Shown here: positions 27,867 to 38,023 of the stretch, in pieces
Numbering within the stretch: the stretch's first letter is position 1
How the letters are laid out: each line of letters starts with the position of its first letter
Notes under the pieces: model-generated
Database searches by the model: none
The model's input: only the letters and a program-made list of their open reading frames with translations
What the model was told of the DNA's origin: nothing
Position numbers and translations under genes: made by a program
DNA from: Dehalococcoidia bacterium
Lineage (GTDB): Bacteria; Chloroflexota; Dehalococcoidia; Bin125
Length of the DNA: 64,000 nt
NCBI GenBank assembly: GCA_963662615.2
Contig: CAXXSR010000001.1
Span: 1,888,001-1,952,000, forward strand
Direction: 5' to 3'

Positions 27867-28736
27867 ATGAAAATCGGAATCGTCGGATTGGGACGGATGG
27901 GCGCCGGGATCGCCGAGCGGTTGCGCCGCCACGGGCATGAGGTGGTGGGATACGACCGCAACCCTGCCGTCACCGAAGTGGCGTCATACCAAGAGCTTCT
28001 GGAGGCGCTCTCGCCACCCCGCGTGGTCTGGCTGATGGTGCCCTCGGGCGACGCCACCGAGGCGACGATCAACGACCTGAGCCCGCTGCTCTCGCGCAGG
28101 GACATCATCGTTGAGGGCGGCAACAGCTACTACAAGGACTCGATCCGGCGCGCCTCGGAGCAGGCGGAGCGAGGTCTGGAGTTCCTTGATGTGGGAACGT
28201 CCGGCGGCGTCTGGGGACTGGAGGTCGGCTTCTGCCTGATGGTCGGCGGTTCGCCTGCAGTCTTCGAGACTGTGGAGCCGATCTTCAAAGCGCTCGCGCC
28301 TGAGGGAGGCTACGCCCACGTGGGGCCGGCCGGGGCGGGCCATTACACGAAGATGGTCCACAACGGTGTCGAGTACGGGATGCTCCAGGCCTACGCCGAG
28401 GGCTTCGAGCTCCTGCGCCAATCCGCCTTCGACATTGACCTGCCCCAGGTGGCCGCGCTCTGGAACCACGGCAGCGTGGTGCGCTCCTGGCTGCTGGAGC
28501 TGGCAGAGGACGCGTTCGCCAAGGACCCGAAACTCGAAAAGCTGCGCGGCTACGTGGAGGACTCGGGTGAAGGACGTTGGATCGTCCTGGAGGCGGTGGA
28601 ACGGGGAGTCCCCGCCGGAGTGATCGCACATTCGCTCTTCAGTCCCTTCGAATCGCGTAACGCCGATCCGTTCGCCATGCGCTTCATCGCGGCGCTTCGC
28701 AACGAGTTCGGCGGGCACCCGGTCAAGCAGTCGTGA
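27867..28736 (+). CDS. gnd: 6-phosphogluconate dehydrogenase (decarboxylating, short form)
   Basis: GLGRMG, VWLMVP, GGNS, GTSGG, KMVHNGVEYG, DSGEGRW, RNEFGGH. Confidence 0.95.
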   Translation: MKIGIVGLGRMGAGIAERLRRHGHEVVGYDRNPAVTEVASYQELLEALSPPRVVWLMVPSGDATEATINDLSPLLSRRDIIVEGGNSYYKDSIRRASEQAERGLEFLDVGTSGGVWGLEVGFCLMVGGSPAVFETVEPIFKALAPEGGYAHVGPAGAGHYTKMVHNGVEYGMLQAYAEGFELLRQSAFDIDLPQVAALWNHGSVVRSWLLELAEDAFAKDPKLEKLRGYVEDSGEGRWIVLEAVERGVPAGVIAHSLFSPFESRNADPFAMRFIAALRNEFGGHPVKQS

Positions 28737-29023
28737 GCCTCGCGGCGCCGGAACCGCAAGATCTGCTGCTGGTCGGCGCCACGGGTTACCTCGCCCGCCG
28801 CAAACTATTGCCGGCATTAAATGAGCTGGGGCAGGATGGACTGCTCCCCCGGGAAGGCCGAATCATTGAATACGGCCGTACCGATTACTCCGACGACCAA
28901 TTCCGCAGTCTCGCCGGCGAAGCGGTGCGCGCAGCCGGCAGCAGTACAGCCGGCGACGCCAGGGCGCGATTCGCCGAGCGCCAAACAGGTACACGTGAGA
29001 GTGATCGTCATCAGCTGAATTGA
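28733..29023 (+). pseudogene. zwf: Truncated glucose-6-phosphate dehydrogenase (N-terminal ~85 aa)
   Basis: LVGATGYLARRKLLPAL..LLP..RIIEYGR..SDDQFR matches the G6PD N-terminus; overlaps the gnd stop; remainder absent. Confidence 0.85.
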
Positions 29024-29324
29024 GGCTGCCAAGATCGTCGAAGAGTGGGGGACACTCAGTTGCGAGTAGGCTGGGCAATCAGCGCTGGCGCCCACAACGC
29101 CACTCGCGCGCGCCAACCTCACGCACCGCCCAGCAAGAGCAGAAAGACGCCTTCCCGACGTCATGCGCCTGGGCCCGCGGATCACGCTGTCGCTGCACGG
29201 CGAGGAAACACGCCGGCTCCGTTCGGGGGTGCATCTGCAGGCCCCAGGAAGTACGCTTGCCCGTGAACTTGGAGGATGCATTGGGCCCGCGATCGACGCG
29301 GTGTCGGCGGAACGGGGACGGCAC

Positions 29325-29570
29325 ATGACGCGCATCTACGTGGGCAACCTGCCGTTCGAGATGAGTGACGAAGAGTTGCGAGAGTTCTTTGTGCCCTACG
29401 GAGAGATCACCACCTGCGACGTGGTGGCGGACCGCGATACGGGTCGGTCGCGCGGCTTCGGGTTCGTGGAAATGAACGGTGCAGACGCGGCCCGCGCCAT
29501 CGAGGCGCTGGACGGCCAAGATGCGGGCGGGAGGGCGTTGCGCGTCAACGAAGCGCACGAACGCCGCTAG
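29325..29570 (+). CDS. RRM RNA-binding protein (second paralogue, no Gly tail)
   Basis: RIYVGNLPF, DRDTGRSRGFGFVEM, LRVNEA. Confidence 0.93.
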   Translation: MTRIYVGNLPFEMSDEELREFFVPYGEITTCDVVADRDTGRSRGFGFVEMNGADAARAIEALDGQDAGGRALRVNEAHERR

Positions 29571-29666
29571 GGAAGCCACGAACGCCACGATCCGCCGCCT
29601 CAGCCGGCTCCGTTCGCGAGCACGAGCCCACACTCCTCAGCGACCTTTGAGATGAGGTGACAGAGC

Positions 29667-30860
29667 GTGTCCGTCCGGATCCGCCCCGTGCCGCTTGGTC
29701 GGGGGGCTCAGCCCTTCATTGATGTCATGTGGCGCGTATACCGTGCGGACTCGCAGTGGATTCCACCGCTGCGTCGGCAACTGACGGCGCTGTTCGATTC
29801 TCGACACAACCCCTTCCTCCGCTACGGGCAAGCGCAACTCTTCGTCGCCGAGCGTGACGGGGAGGTGGTTGGGCGCATCTCCGCCCACATCAACCCCGAC
29901 CACGACGGCTACCATCGCGAGCGCGGCGGCTTCTTTGGGTTTTTCGAGTGCACCGACGACGAAGCGGCTTCCAAAGCACTGCTCGAGTCCGCGGAAGACT
30001 GGCTGCAGGGGCACGCCGTGGACTGGATCCGCGGCCCTGTCTCCTTCACGATGAATCAAGAGGCTGGCACCCTCGTCGACGGTTTCGACACGCCGCCGAT
30101 GGTGGCGATGCCGCACGGGCGGCCCTATTACGACCGCCTTCTCACAGCGGCGGGCTACGCCAAGGCCAAAGATCTCCTGGCGTGGCAATACCCCGTTGTC
30201 CAGCTCCACCCCCGCGCCCAGGCAGCGTACGCCCGCATCCGCGCGATGGACGGCGTCACGGTGCGGGAGTTCGAGCGCAACCATTTCCGTCGCGATGTCG
30301 GCCTTGCCATTGAGATCTTCAACGACGCCTGGGCGGACAACTGGGGTTTCGTTCCCGTGCGGGCCGAGGAGGCCGACCAGCTCGCGGCCGACCTCGACCA
30401 ATTCGCCGATCCCGACCTCACGGCGCTCGTCTTCGTCGACGGCGAACCCGCAGCGATGGTCGTGGCGATTCCAAACCTGAACGAGGCCGCCCGCGACGCG
30501 AATGGCCGCCTGTTCCCCTGGGGTGGCCTCAAGATCAAGTGGCGCTTATGGCGCGGCGTCCGCACCGGACGCGTGATCCTCCTTGGTATCAAACAGGCGT
30601 ATCGCACGCGCGCGTACAACGGGCTCTTTCTCCTGCTCTTCGCGGAGGTCCACCTGCGCGGGGAGCGACGCGGTTACGACTGGGCGGAGCTCGGCTGGGT
30701 GCTGGAAGACAACGCCCGTCTGAACGTGGCGTTGCCCCGCATGGGCGCGCGCGTCTACAAGACATACCGGCTCTACCAGAAATCCGCTACCGCCGGCGAG
30801 AATGTGCCCCAGCCCCGGGCTGCCGACATCGCCCCGCCGGCCGACATCGCCCCAGACTGA
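29667..30860 (+). CDS. GNAT-fold N-acetyltransferase (YghO-like)
   Basis: WIPPL, VVGRISA, GFFGFFEC, RGP, FNDAWADNWGFVP, ELGWVLEDN, YKTYRLYQK. Confidence 0.85.
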   Translation: MSVRIRPVPLGRGAQPFIDVMWRVYRADSQWIPPLRRQLTALFDSRHNPFLRYGQAQLFVAERDGEVVGRISAHINPDHDGYHRERGGFFGFFECTDDEAASKALLESAEDWLQGHAVDWIRGPVSFTMNQEAGTLVDGFDTPPMVAMPHGRPYYDRLLTAAGYAKAKDLLAWQYPVVQLHPRAQAAYARIRAMDGVTVREFERNHFRRDVGLAIEIFNDAWADNWGFVPVRAEEADQLAADLDQFADPDLTALVFVDGEPAAMVVAIPNLNEAARDANGRLFPWGGLKIKWRLWRGVRTGRVILLGIKQAYRTRAYNGLFLLLFAEVHLRGERRGYDWAELGWVLEDNARLNVALPRMGARVYKTYRLYQKSATAGENVPQPRAADIAPPADIAPD

Positions 30861-30884
30861 AGATCGCGTCCAGGTCACGCTCCC

Positions 30885-30900
30885 GGGGGGGGGGGGGGGG
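30885..30900 (+). repeat. G16 homopolymer
   Basis: 16 consecutive G. Confidence 0.95.
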
Positions 30901-30979
30901 CGAAGCTCGCACGGCCGATACCCGACAACGCGGGCGCGGGCCAGAACCTGATCAGTACGGCATCTGCCGGTGCGAACGG

Positions 30980-31127
30980 CTGGGTGGCGCTTGTGGTGAT
31001 GCCGCTGAGCGTGTTCATGGTGTTCGTGGACGGGACGGTGATGCAGACGGCGCTTCCGCCGATCTCACGCGACAGCCAGACGCCGACACCGATTCGGAGC
31101 AAGGCGTCTCAGAGCCCGAGCAGCTGA
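30980..31127 (+). pseudogene. N-terminal remnant of a DHA2-type MFS transporter
   Basis: Manual translation WVALVVMPLSVFMVFVDGTVMQTALPPISRD resembles TM1/motif D1 of EmrB/QacA transporters. Confidence 0.65.
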
Positions 31128-32665
31128 GGCTCCGCTAACGCACGCACTGTGTACACGAGCCCGATAGTGATCAGAACGAGCGCGCCGCCGAGCGGAAGAA
31201 TCCGCAGCAGCCGTCCGTCGAGGCTCACCGTCAAGAAAGGCAGCCAGGCCGTCGCGGGGGAGATCCACGTTCCCCGTGCGGAGCCGAGCCAGTCCAGGAG
31301 CCGACGGACGTAGACGACTATCAGCGCCATGAACGTGAGAACGGCGGCGAGGCCGATGCTAAAGGCCAGGATCAGGAGCAGTCCTAGGCCAATGCGGTTG
31401 AGCGAGATGGCAGCCACGAGCACCACCAATGTGGAAGGGCTGGGAACCATCCCGTCAATCAGACCGATGGCGAACAGGCTCTTGCGGGAGGGGACCGTTA
31501 CAGCGGCCGTGGTCGTTGAGCCGGGGACGTGTCGGTGGGCATGGTGGTGCGGGTGCAGATGACGGAGTCGATGGTCCAGCAAGCCGGCGAGGCCCTGGAA
31601 TCCGCCCACCCGCGCGAGGAAGAGTCGGATGCCCACGGCAACCACCAACAATCCCGCAACGAGGGTGAGCCACGGATAGAGGTGTTCCGGCAGGATGTAG
31701 CGTGAGCCAAAGAGGACAACCAAGCCGATCACGAAGACGCCAACGGTGTGGCTCACCGCGACCACGAAGCCCAGCAACATTGCGTGCCGGACCGATCCAC
31801 CGGCGCCCACGAAATAGGCGGCAACGAACACCTTGCCGTGACCGGGCTCCAGGGCGTGCAGAGCGTCGAAGCCCAGCGCGACGAAGAACGAGATCAGGAT
31901 CACGGCCAGACTGACGTTTTCGACGTTGACGAGGGACGCAAATGCGTTGCCGGGCCGTGGCGGGGCCACGTCCAGCGCGGCGACTTGGGCTGGTTCCAGC
32001 GGTGGAGCGCTCACGCCGGCGCCGGGAGCAAAGTCGACAGTGACCGCACGTACGTTCAGCGGGCTCGTCAGCAGATCGTCGGGGTAGGTCCGGAGTTCAT
32101 TCGTCAGGTCGGCCGCGGGCGCAGTGGAGCTGATTAGCGTGACACCTTCCGCGGGACGAACCACGATCTCGCGCCAGCCTAGGCGATCGCCGAAATTGTC
32201 ATCGCGGTATTCCAGGGAGAGCCGCTCAGCGACCGCCGGCGCTTCAAAGGTAAGGACGAGCCTGAGAGTCTTGAGCCCGGCCTGGCCGCTAGGAAAGCTG
32301 AGTTCGTGGGAGAGGAGAGCGAGCGGAAGGGACGACCCCTCTGCGACAAGATGGAGCCCGCCCCTGAGCTCGACCGCCTTGGCCGAGAGGTAGGCGCGCC
32401 GCTCGGCGTCGCTCACGCGGCCGTCGGCGTTCGTGTCGATGGCGTCCATCTCTTGGAACGTGGGGATCTCCGCCATGTCGACGATGTAGCGGACACGGAT
32501 CACATCGGCATAGAGGTCGAGACGGCTGTAACTGTTGATGGTGAAGTTGCCCAAGGGATGCGCCGCCGCGCGGGCCGGCTGGATGAGCGAGAGGACGAAG
32601 AAGGCGACGAGCCCCAGCAGCGCCGCCGCGCCCACGAGCCTCCAGGGCCAAGTTCCGCTTCGCAT
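31109..32665 (-). CDS. Ni/Co transporter-like protein (RcnA/NiCoT-like) with N-terminal extracytoplasmic domain
   Basis: AHPLGNFTIN after a signal peptide; HALEPGHGK, SHT, His-rich loop, GMVPSPS, FSIGLA. Confidence 0.85.
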   Translation of the reverse strand: MRSGTWPWRLVGAAALLGLVAFFVLSLIQPARAAAHPLGNFTINSYSRLDLYADVIRVRYIVDMAEIPTFQEMDAIDTNADGRVSDAERRAYLSAKAVELRGGLHLVAEGSSLPLALLSHELSFPSGQAGLKTLRLVLTFEAPAVAERLSLEYRDDNFGDRLGWREIVVRPAEGVTLISSTAPAADLTNELRTYPDDLLTSPLNVRAVTVDFAPGAGVSAPPLEPAQVAALDVAPPRPGNAFASLVNVENVSLAVILISFFVALGFDALHALEPGHGKVFVAAYFVGAGGSVRHAMLLGFVVAVSHTVGVFVIGLVVLFGSRYILPEHLYPWLTLVAGLLVVAVGIRLFLARVGGFQGLAGLLDHRLRHLHPHHHAHRHVPGSTTTAAVTVPSRKSLFAIGLIDGMVPSPSTLVVLVAAISLNRIGLGLLLILAFSIGLAAVLTFMALIVVYVRRLLDWLGSARGTWISPATAWLPFLTVSLDGRLLRILPLGGALVLITIGLVYTVRALAEPQLLGL

Positions 32666-32668
32666 GGC

Positions 32669-34006
32669 CTACTGCGCCCGTACCGACGACTGCAGCGTGC
32701 GGAGGAGGCGGTCCGCCTCATCCCGGTACAGCCAAGAGAAATGAGGGTTGAGTTCCGTCGTCCGCTCCAAGTAGCCGCGGGCCTCGTCGTCGTCTCCAAG
32801 CGCGTAGTGGATCATCCCGGCGTGGAAGAGCATGCGGGCGTCCTTGGTGCCCAGCCGTAGCGCCTCCCGGGCGTAGTCCAGCGCCTCCGCGTGCCGGCCT
32901 CTCTTGTAGAGAGCCCAGGCGAGCGCGTCGGCGGCCTGAATGCTGGGACGGTCTTCGTAGACCGCGCGGGCTTGCAGCAGCGCCTCGTCCAGGCGCACGT
33001 CATGGTCGGCGAAGAAGAGGGCCATCTGCAGATCCGTGTTGATGCCGTTGGCCTTGTAAAGCTGGTCGATGGCGTCAACCAGCGCGTATTGCCTGGCAGC
33101 CTCTTCCACGCGCCCGGCGACCTGCAAGATGTCCCCGAACGCGATGACGTACTCAGGCGTCGGATAACGGGCGACGACGTCGCCGTAGAGTGCGACGGCC
33201 TCGTCGTATTCGGAGCGCGCGGCGCGGACGTTGGCCAGGCCGGCGAGCGCATGGACGTAAGTCGGAACCGCCTCCAAGGCGTGGTTGTACGCCGTCTCGG
33301 CTGCACGCAAGTCACCGGTCTTGAAGTAGAAATGCCCGAGCTGCACGCGGGCCCAAGCCGAGTTCTCGGGGAGACGGCCGCCGTCGATCCGCACCGCGTT
33401 CCGCCACATCAGCTCGGCCCCCTCAAGGTCGCCGCGCAACTCAAGGAGATAGGCGAAGCGGCTGAACGACGCGAGGCCCGGCGCCATGCCCGTCATCGTG
33501 TTGTAGGACTCTGCCCCCTCTTCGTATTTGCCCAAGGCGAGTTGGGCGTCGCCCAGAACCGCATATCCAAACGGCTTGCAGGGGCGAAGGGCGACGGCTC
33601 TTTCGGCGAGCGTCAACGCGTCGGCAAATTCATGCTGGGCGCCGTAGACCAGCGAGAGCTGCACCAGCGCCTCATAGTTCTCGGTGGGCAATGATTCGAG
33701 CGAGGCCGTGAGCGCCGCTTCGGCTCGATCGTAGTCGCCAACGTCGCCGGTCTGGCGCGCTCGCCGGATATACGCGTCCGCCAGCTTGTTGTAGCTAATG
33801 AAGTCGCGCGGGTCGCGCTGGGCCCGCTGGCGCCAGAAACGGATCGTGGCATCGATCGTCGCGGTGGAGTCGACCGAAACGTCGGCGGAGGTCGGCTTCG
33901 GATCCGAACCTCCGCAGCTCGCCAGGAGAAGCGCGAGGGCGAGAGCCGCCAGCACACCTCCGAGGATCGACCCACGCTTCGCCAACGCGTCCACCCTCCG
34001 GCTCAC
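32669..34006 (-). CDS. Tetratricopeptide-repeat lipoprotein
   Basis: Lipobox LLASC, multiple TPR helices (YAVLGDAQLALGKYEE, DALAWALY, HAGMIH). Confidence 0.85.
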   Translation of the reverse strand: MSRRVDALAKRGSILGGVLAALALALLLASCGGSDPKPTSADVSVDSTATIDATIRFWRQRAQRDPRDFISYNKLADAYIRRARQTGDVGDYDRAEAALTASLESLPTENYEALVQLSLVYGAQHEFADALTLAERAVALRPCKPFGYAVLGDAQLALGKYEEGAESYNTMTGMAPGLASFSRFAYLLELRGDLEGAELMWRNAVRIDGGRLPENSAWARVQLGHFYFKTGDLRAAETAYNHALEAVPTYVHALAGLANVRAARSEYDEAVALYGDVVARYPTPEYVIAFGDILQVAGRVEEAARQYALVDAIDQLYKANGINTDLQMALFFADHDVRLDEALLQARAVYEDRPSIQAADALAWALYKRGRHAEALDYAREALRLGTKDARMLFHAGMIHYALGDDDEARGYLERTTELNPHFSWLYRDEADRLLRTLQSSVRAQ

Positions 34007-34055
34007 AGGCTCTCGCCCCACGCTTCGACGTTCGTACGTCGCCCGATTCACCTCC

Positions 34056-35442
34056 CTAGGGCAGCTCAACCTGGATCGTCGTCGCTCGGGAGGTGAGGAC
34101 GAAGAACCCCATGCCTCGCGTGATCTCGATGGTGGGTCGGATCCCGGACGGCAGCTCTTCCGTGTCCAGGATGTACTGTCCCGTGCTCGAATCGAACGTC
34201 CAGATCCGCAGGATTGCGGGGTTGGCAGCCAGCAGCTCCGCCGACGTCGTGTCACGCCCGAACCAGCCCACCAAGCTCAAGCCGCTGGGGAGCGACATAC
34301 TAACGACGACCGCCGGCTGGTGGGGTGGCGCCAGGTACGGGAACGAGTCGAGGAAGGGCACGTCGTTGGCGTCAATGGCGTCGCCGACCGTGCGATCGAG
34401 CACCAGCGCCAGGGCGATATCGATGACGTCGTCGGTGAGCGTCCGGCCGTTGAGGTTGGGGAAGTCGACCGGCTTGGAGAAGTCGATCGTCACGACATCA
34501 GGCAGAACAGCCGCCGCAACACCCCCGGCAGACACGTCTCCGAGCGGTCCCCCATCTGGGGCCGGCAGCACCGCATCGACGGCGTCACGGAGCCGCTGGA
34601 TCTCGTCGGTCGCCGCGGCGAGGAAGGCCTCGACGTCGTTGACCGGGTCGCCTTGATTGTACGTGTCCTTGCTGCCACTGGGCACGGCGGCGGTATTGAT
34701 GGCGGGGATCGCCATCCGATCGATCCGCACGCCGCCACGTGAAGTGGTCGCCCAGGCCCGGATCACGCCGGTGTCGGAGGTGGCTTCGCCGGTGAGCGCC
34801 GTAATCGGCAACTCGACCACGATCGCGGAGACGTTGAGGCCCGCGAGGGTGTCCGATGGCGTCTCGCCCGCCGGCCGCAGGCCCGCGGCGGGAACGAACG
34901 GCGCCGCGACGAAGTTGTTGAACCCGACGAGGTCGAAGAAGAAGGGGTCATCGCGCTGGCCGGCGAACACCTTGACCCCGCCGGCCTCGGTGATGATGGG
35001 GGCCGGTGCAGTCGGGTCCGTAGAAGGCGGCGTCACCGGGCCGCTCATCTCGAGCCCGAGGGCGGCAACGGTCAGGGTGAACTCCAGGGGGTCGCCGCCG
35101 AAGGTGACGGTGACCGTGGCATCCGCGACGAAGTCTGCCGTGTTGTCCACGTGGATCTCGTAGGCCACGTCGGTGGCGAAGTTCCTGGTGTCGTTCTCTG
35201 GCGGCGCGGTCAGTGGGTTGACCGTGAGAGCGACCACCAGATTGTCGGGGTTCTCGGGACTGCGGAAGGCGTAGATGTCGTTTATGTCCGCCTGGGGGTC
35301 AGCGAGAACACCTGGCGCCTCGGCGTGATCGGCCCCTTCCAACAGACCCGTCAACCAGATGGTGATGACGGTGGCAGCGATCCCCAGCCCAACGAGCAGG
35401 ATTCAGCGGGGTCCGGGGCGTGACTCGACTCAGGACTCGCAT
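34056..35442 (-). pseudogene. DUF4331-family secreted protein with an apparent +1 frameshift in the signal peptide
   Basis: ADHAEAP..DINDIYAF, FAGQRDDPFFFDL, IDRMAIPAIN, NGRTLTDDVID, FPYLAPP. GGAGG-ATG at 35442 is one base out of frame with ILLVGLG.. near 35403. Confidence 0.75.
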
Positions 35443-35502
35443 CGGTTTCCTCCGTCTCATGGTGGGACGCGAGCGCGTCGTGCGGCGCGGTCCCGCCGGT
35501 AG

Positions 35503-35528
35503 TTCGGTTGAGACGACCGGCCGGATCA
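35503..35528 (-). promoter_or_regulatory. SigK-type ECF promoter of the DUF4331 operon
   Basis: TGATCC-N15-CCGAA, close to the mycobacterial SigK consensus CCATCC-N15-CCGAA (recalled). Confidence 0.65.
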
Positions 35529-35548
35529 CAAGGCTCAAGGGAGTGACG

Positions 35549-36265
35549 TCAGAACTCTTCCAGCGGGGCCACGATCAAGGGATCGCTCGTGGGCTGCTCG
35601 CTCCCGCCCGAGGGCTCCTCGCTAAGCGCTATCGCCGTCGTCAGATCGCGCTCAAGCGAGACAACGATGCGCGCCACACCGTCCGCGCTGGCATTGAAGA
35701 TGCCGGCGGACGCCGCCCCTTCAGGCCCAATCGTCCAAACCTGATAGACGCGATCGGCCGGAAGTGGCGACAGTCCCCGAAATTGGAGTACGGCAAGGGC
35801 TTCGCTTTCAAGGAAGAGGACGCGCCCGCTTGCTCCGGAGGCGCCTTCGAATTCGTAAACCACAGGAACGGCGGCGGCGCCGTCGTCCGACACCTGCAAG
35901 ACGACGTTCCAGCTCAGCAGCCCGATTGCGAGCAGGGCCAGGGCAGCGGCCACGGCGACCGCATTGAGGCGGATGCGTCCCAAGGAGGGTCGACGCCCGG
36001 TGGCGATCGTTGTCGGCTGATGGCTGATCCCAGGGGCCGGGCCCGCCTCTCCCGAGACGGCGTCCAGCAGTCGGTCCCGCAGCGCCGGTGGCGGCGTGCG
36101 CTCCGGCGTCGAGGCGGCGAGGCTGAGCGCGGCCGCCCGCAGCGCCACGACGTCCTCGTGAGCGTCGCAGCTTGAGAGGTGCCTGAGCAGCTCGTGGTGG
36201 GCGTCAGGGGGTAGCGCGCCGAGCGCGAATGCGCCCAGGAGATCCTCTACCTCAGCGCACGTCAC
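35549..36265 (-). CDS. Anti-sigma factor, RskA family, with zinc-finger N-terminus
   Basis: CAEVEDLLGAFALGAL..HLSSC, PPPALRDRLL, TM, DRVYQVWTI, ALSEEPSGGSEQPT. Confidence 0.92.
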   Translation of the reverse strand: MTCAEVEDLLGAFALGALPPDAHHELLRHLSSCDAHEDVVALRAAALSLAASTPERTPPPALRDRLLDAVSGEAGPAPGISHQPTTIATGRRPSLGRIRLNAVAVAAALALLAIGLLSWNVVLQVSDDGAAAVPVVYEFEGASGASGRVLFLESEALAVLQFRGLSPLPADRVYQVWTIGPEGAASAGIFNASADGVARIVVSLERDLTTAIALSEEPSGGSEQPTSDPLIVAPLEEF

Positions 36266-36892
36266 TGCTTGTTCTCGCTTTCAGCGCTTCGCGCAACTTC
36301 TCAAGTCCCAGTCGCAGCCGGCTCTTGACTGTGCCCAATGGGAGTTCCAGCCGTTCCGCGATCTCCACGTGGGTGAAACCGTCGAAGTAGGCCAGTTCAA
36401 TGACGCGGCGCTGGTCGTCGGGCAGCAGATCCATGCTGCGGTGCGCCGCGGCGCCGTCCAGCGTGGCGATGGCCGCGGCGGCGACGTCCACCTCGTCCAG
36501 CGCGTCGACTTCCGGCTGCAGCGACACCTCGTGCACTGCCCGCTTCCGGCGCGCCCGCGCAGAGTCGATAGCGCGCCGGTGGACGATGGTCAGGAGGAGT
36601 GCGGCGACGCTCCCGCGCTCCGAGTCGAGCCGGTCGCTCTGTCGCCAAACAGCGAGGAACGCATCTTGGACCACGTCTTCCGCTTCCGGTCCGTCCCCAA
36701 GAATCCGGTAGGCGAGGCCGAAGGCCCGGCGACCCAGCGCCTCGAACAGGAGGGGCATCGCCTGGGGATCGCGGCGCCGGAGGAGCTCAATGAGCTTCTC
36801 GACGTCCTGATCGGTAGTTCCGCCAGCGCCGGGCATCGGATCACTCGCCTTCGCGCGTATGGGCGGCAAGGTTATCGCCTGGAGCCTCTCCA
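36252..36892 (-). CDS. ECF sigma factor, SigK-like
   Basis: AEDVVQDAFLAVWR..ERGS..LLTIVHRRAID; LPDDQRRVIELAYFDGFTHVEIAERLELPLGTVKSRLRLGL. Start is 36836 or 36892. Confidence 0.92.
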
Positions 36893-37789
36893 TTTCCAGG
36901 TGGCGCACCGAGGCTGAGCCGCGATCGGTAACGTCTGACCCGGCGCGCAGGTAGCGGGCGGTCCCCCTCCTTGAGGCGCCGCTGGCGTTGCATTTAGTGT
37001 CCGTGGCCCACCGGACTACCCCGTCGACGGTCCGCCTCGCCTGCGGAGGGTCGCGGGTTCGACCGGCGGCCCTAGAGCGGTAGACACTTCGGCGGCGGCG
37101 GACAAGGCACGGCCGCGACGTACGGGCAAGCGCGCTCGAGAAACTTGCGGACGAGCAAGCGGAGCATGTGGGGTAGCAGCGCGCTAACCGGTGGGGGCGA
37201 AGGCCGCGGCGCTTGGCGGCTGCAACCACAACGTCGGCGCGTCTACGCGGACCCAATAAGCTCCCCCGTGGACGAGGGGCGCGAGGTCGTTCAGCGTTGC
37301 CGGGCGGCCTGGCGCAAAAGATGTGAAGGCCTGCGAGGCGGCGTCGAACGCGAACGTGACGGTGAGGGCGTCGCCCAGCAACGAGAACGCCTCGAGCGGA
37401 TTCATCCTCGGGGGGCCGGTCCACGTCAGCAGATTGAAGCCTGACTCCAGCTGATGCGGGCCGGGCTCTCCGATCAGCGGCTGGTCCCAGACGATCGGTT
37501 CGGCGACGCGCAGCCAGAGTGCCGATCCTCGCGCGATGTGGTCGAGTGAATTGAGGAAGCTCGGAGCCGAGGCGTTCCAGATCCGGTAGGACTGACGAGT
37601 GGCATCGAAATTAGCTGCCGCTACCGTCTGATCCACGATCGAGGCGATGGCGTCATCGAACGGGGTCGCCAGCCCCGTCCAGCCGACAAGGTTCCATCCC
37701 TCCACCAACGAGACAGGTCGCTTCACACGCCGGGCAGAAGCAGGCGCGGCGGCGGCTGGAGCGATCGGGACGGTTTCGTTGCTGTCGGC

Positions 37790-37862
37790 CGCGGGCGCCG
37801 TTGGCTCGGCCGCAGGCGCCGTTGGCTCGGCCGCAGGCGCTGTTGGCTCGGCCGCAGGCGCG
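37790..37862 (-). repeat. 21-bp coding tandem repeat (PAAEPTA) x3
   Basis: gttggctcggccgcaggcgc(c/t) repeated. Confidence 0.9.
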
Positions 37863-37964
37863 GCGGCGGCGGGGGTAGTCGGTGCCGTCGGGGCGGCGGC
37901 GGCCGGTGCAGTCGGGGCAGGTTCTTCGCTCTCGCCGCCGCAGGCAGCGAGGAGGAGGGCGAGG

Positions 37965-38023
37965 GCGGTGGCGAAGACGGTGGCGAAGCGGTGGCGAAGA
38001 CGGTGGCGAAGACGGTGGCGAAG
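37965..38023 (-). repeat. 12-bp tandem repeat TTCGCCACCGTC x5, third copy 11 bp
   Basis: Read directly from the sequence. Confidence 0.92.

Noticed and set aside
30822-30853. gccgacatcgcccc twice at the GNAT 3' end matching the start of module B
   Set aside because: Only 14 GC-rich bases, coding (ADIAP), no flanking A unit; likely coincidence.
37184-37200. C-terminal FAPTG as a sortase substrate motif
   Set aside because: No hydrophobic helix or basic tail follows; the protein stops right after.
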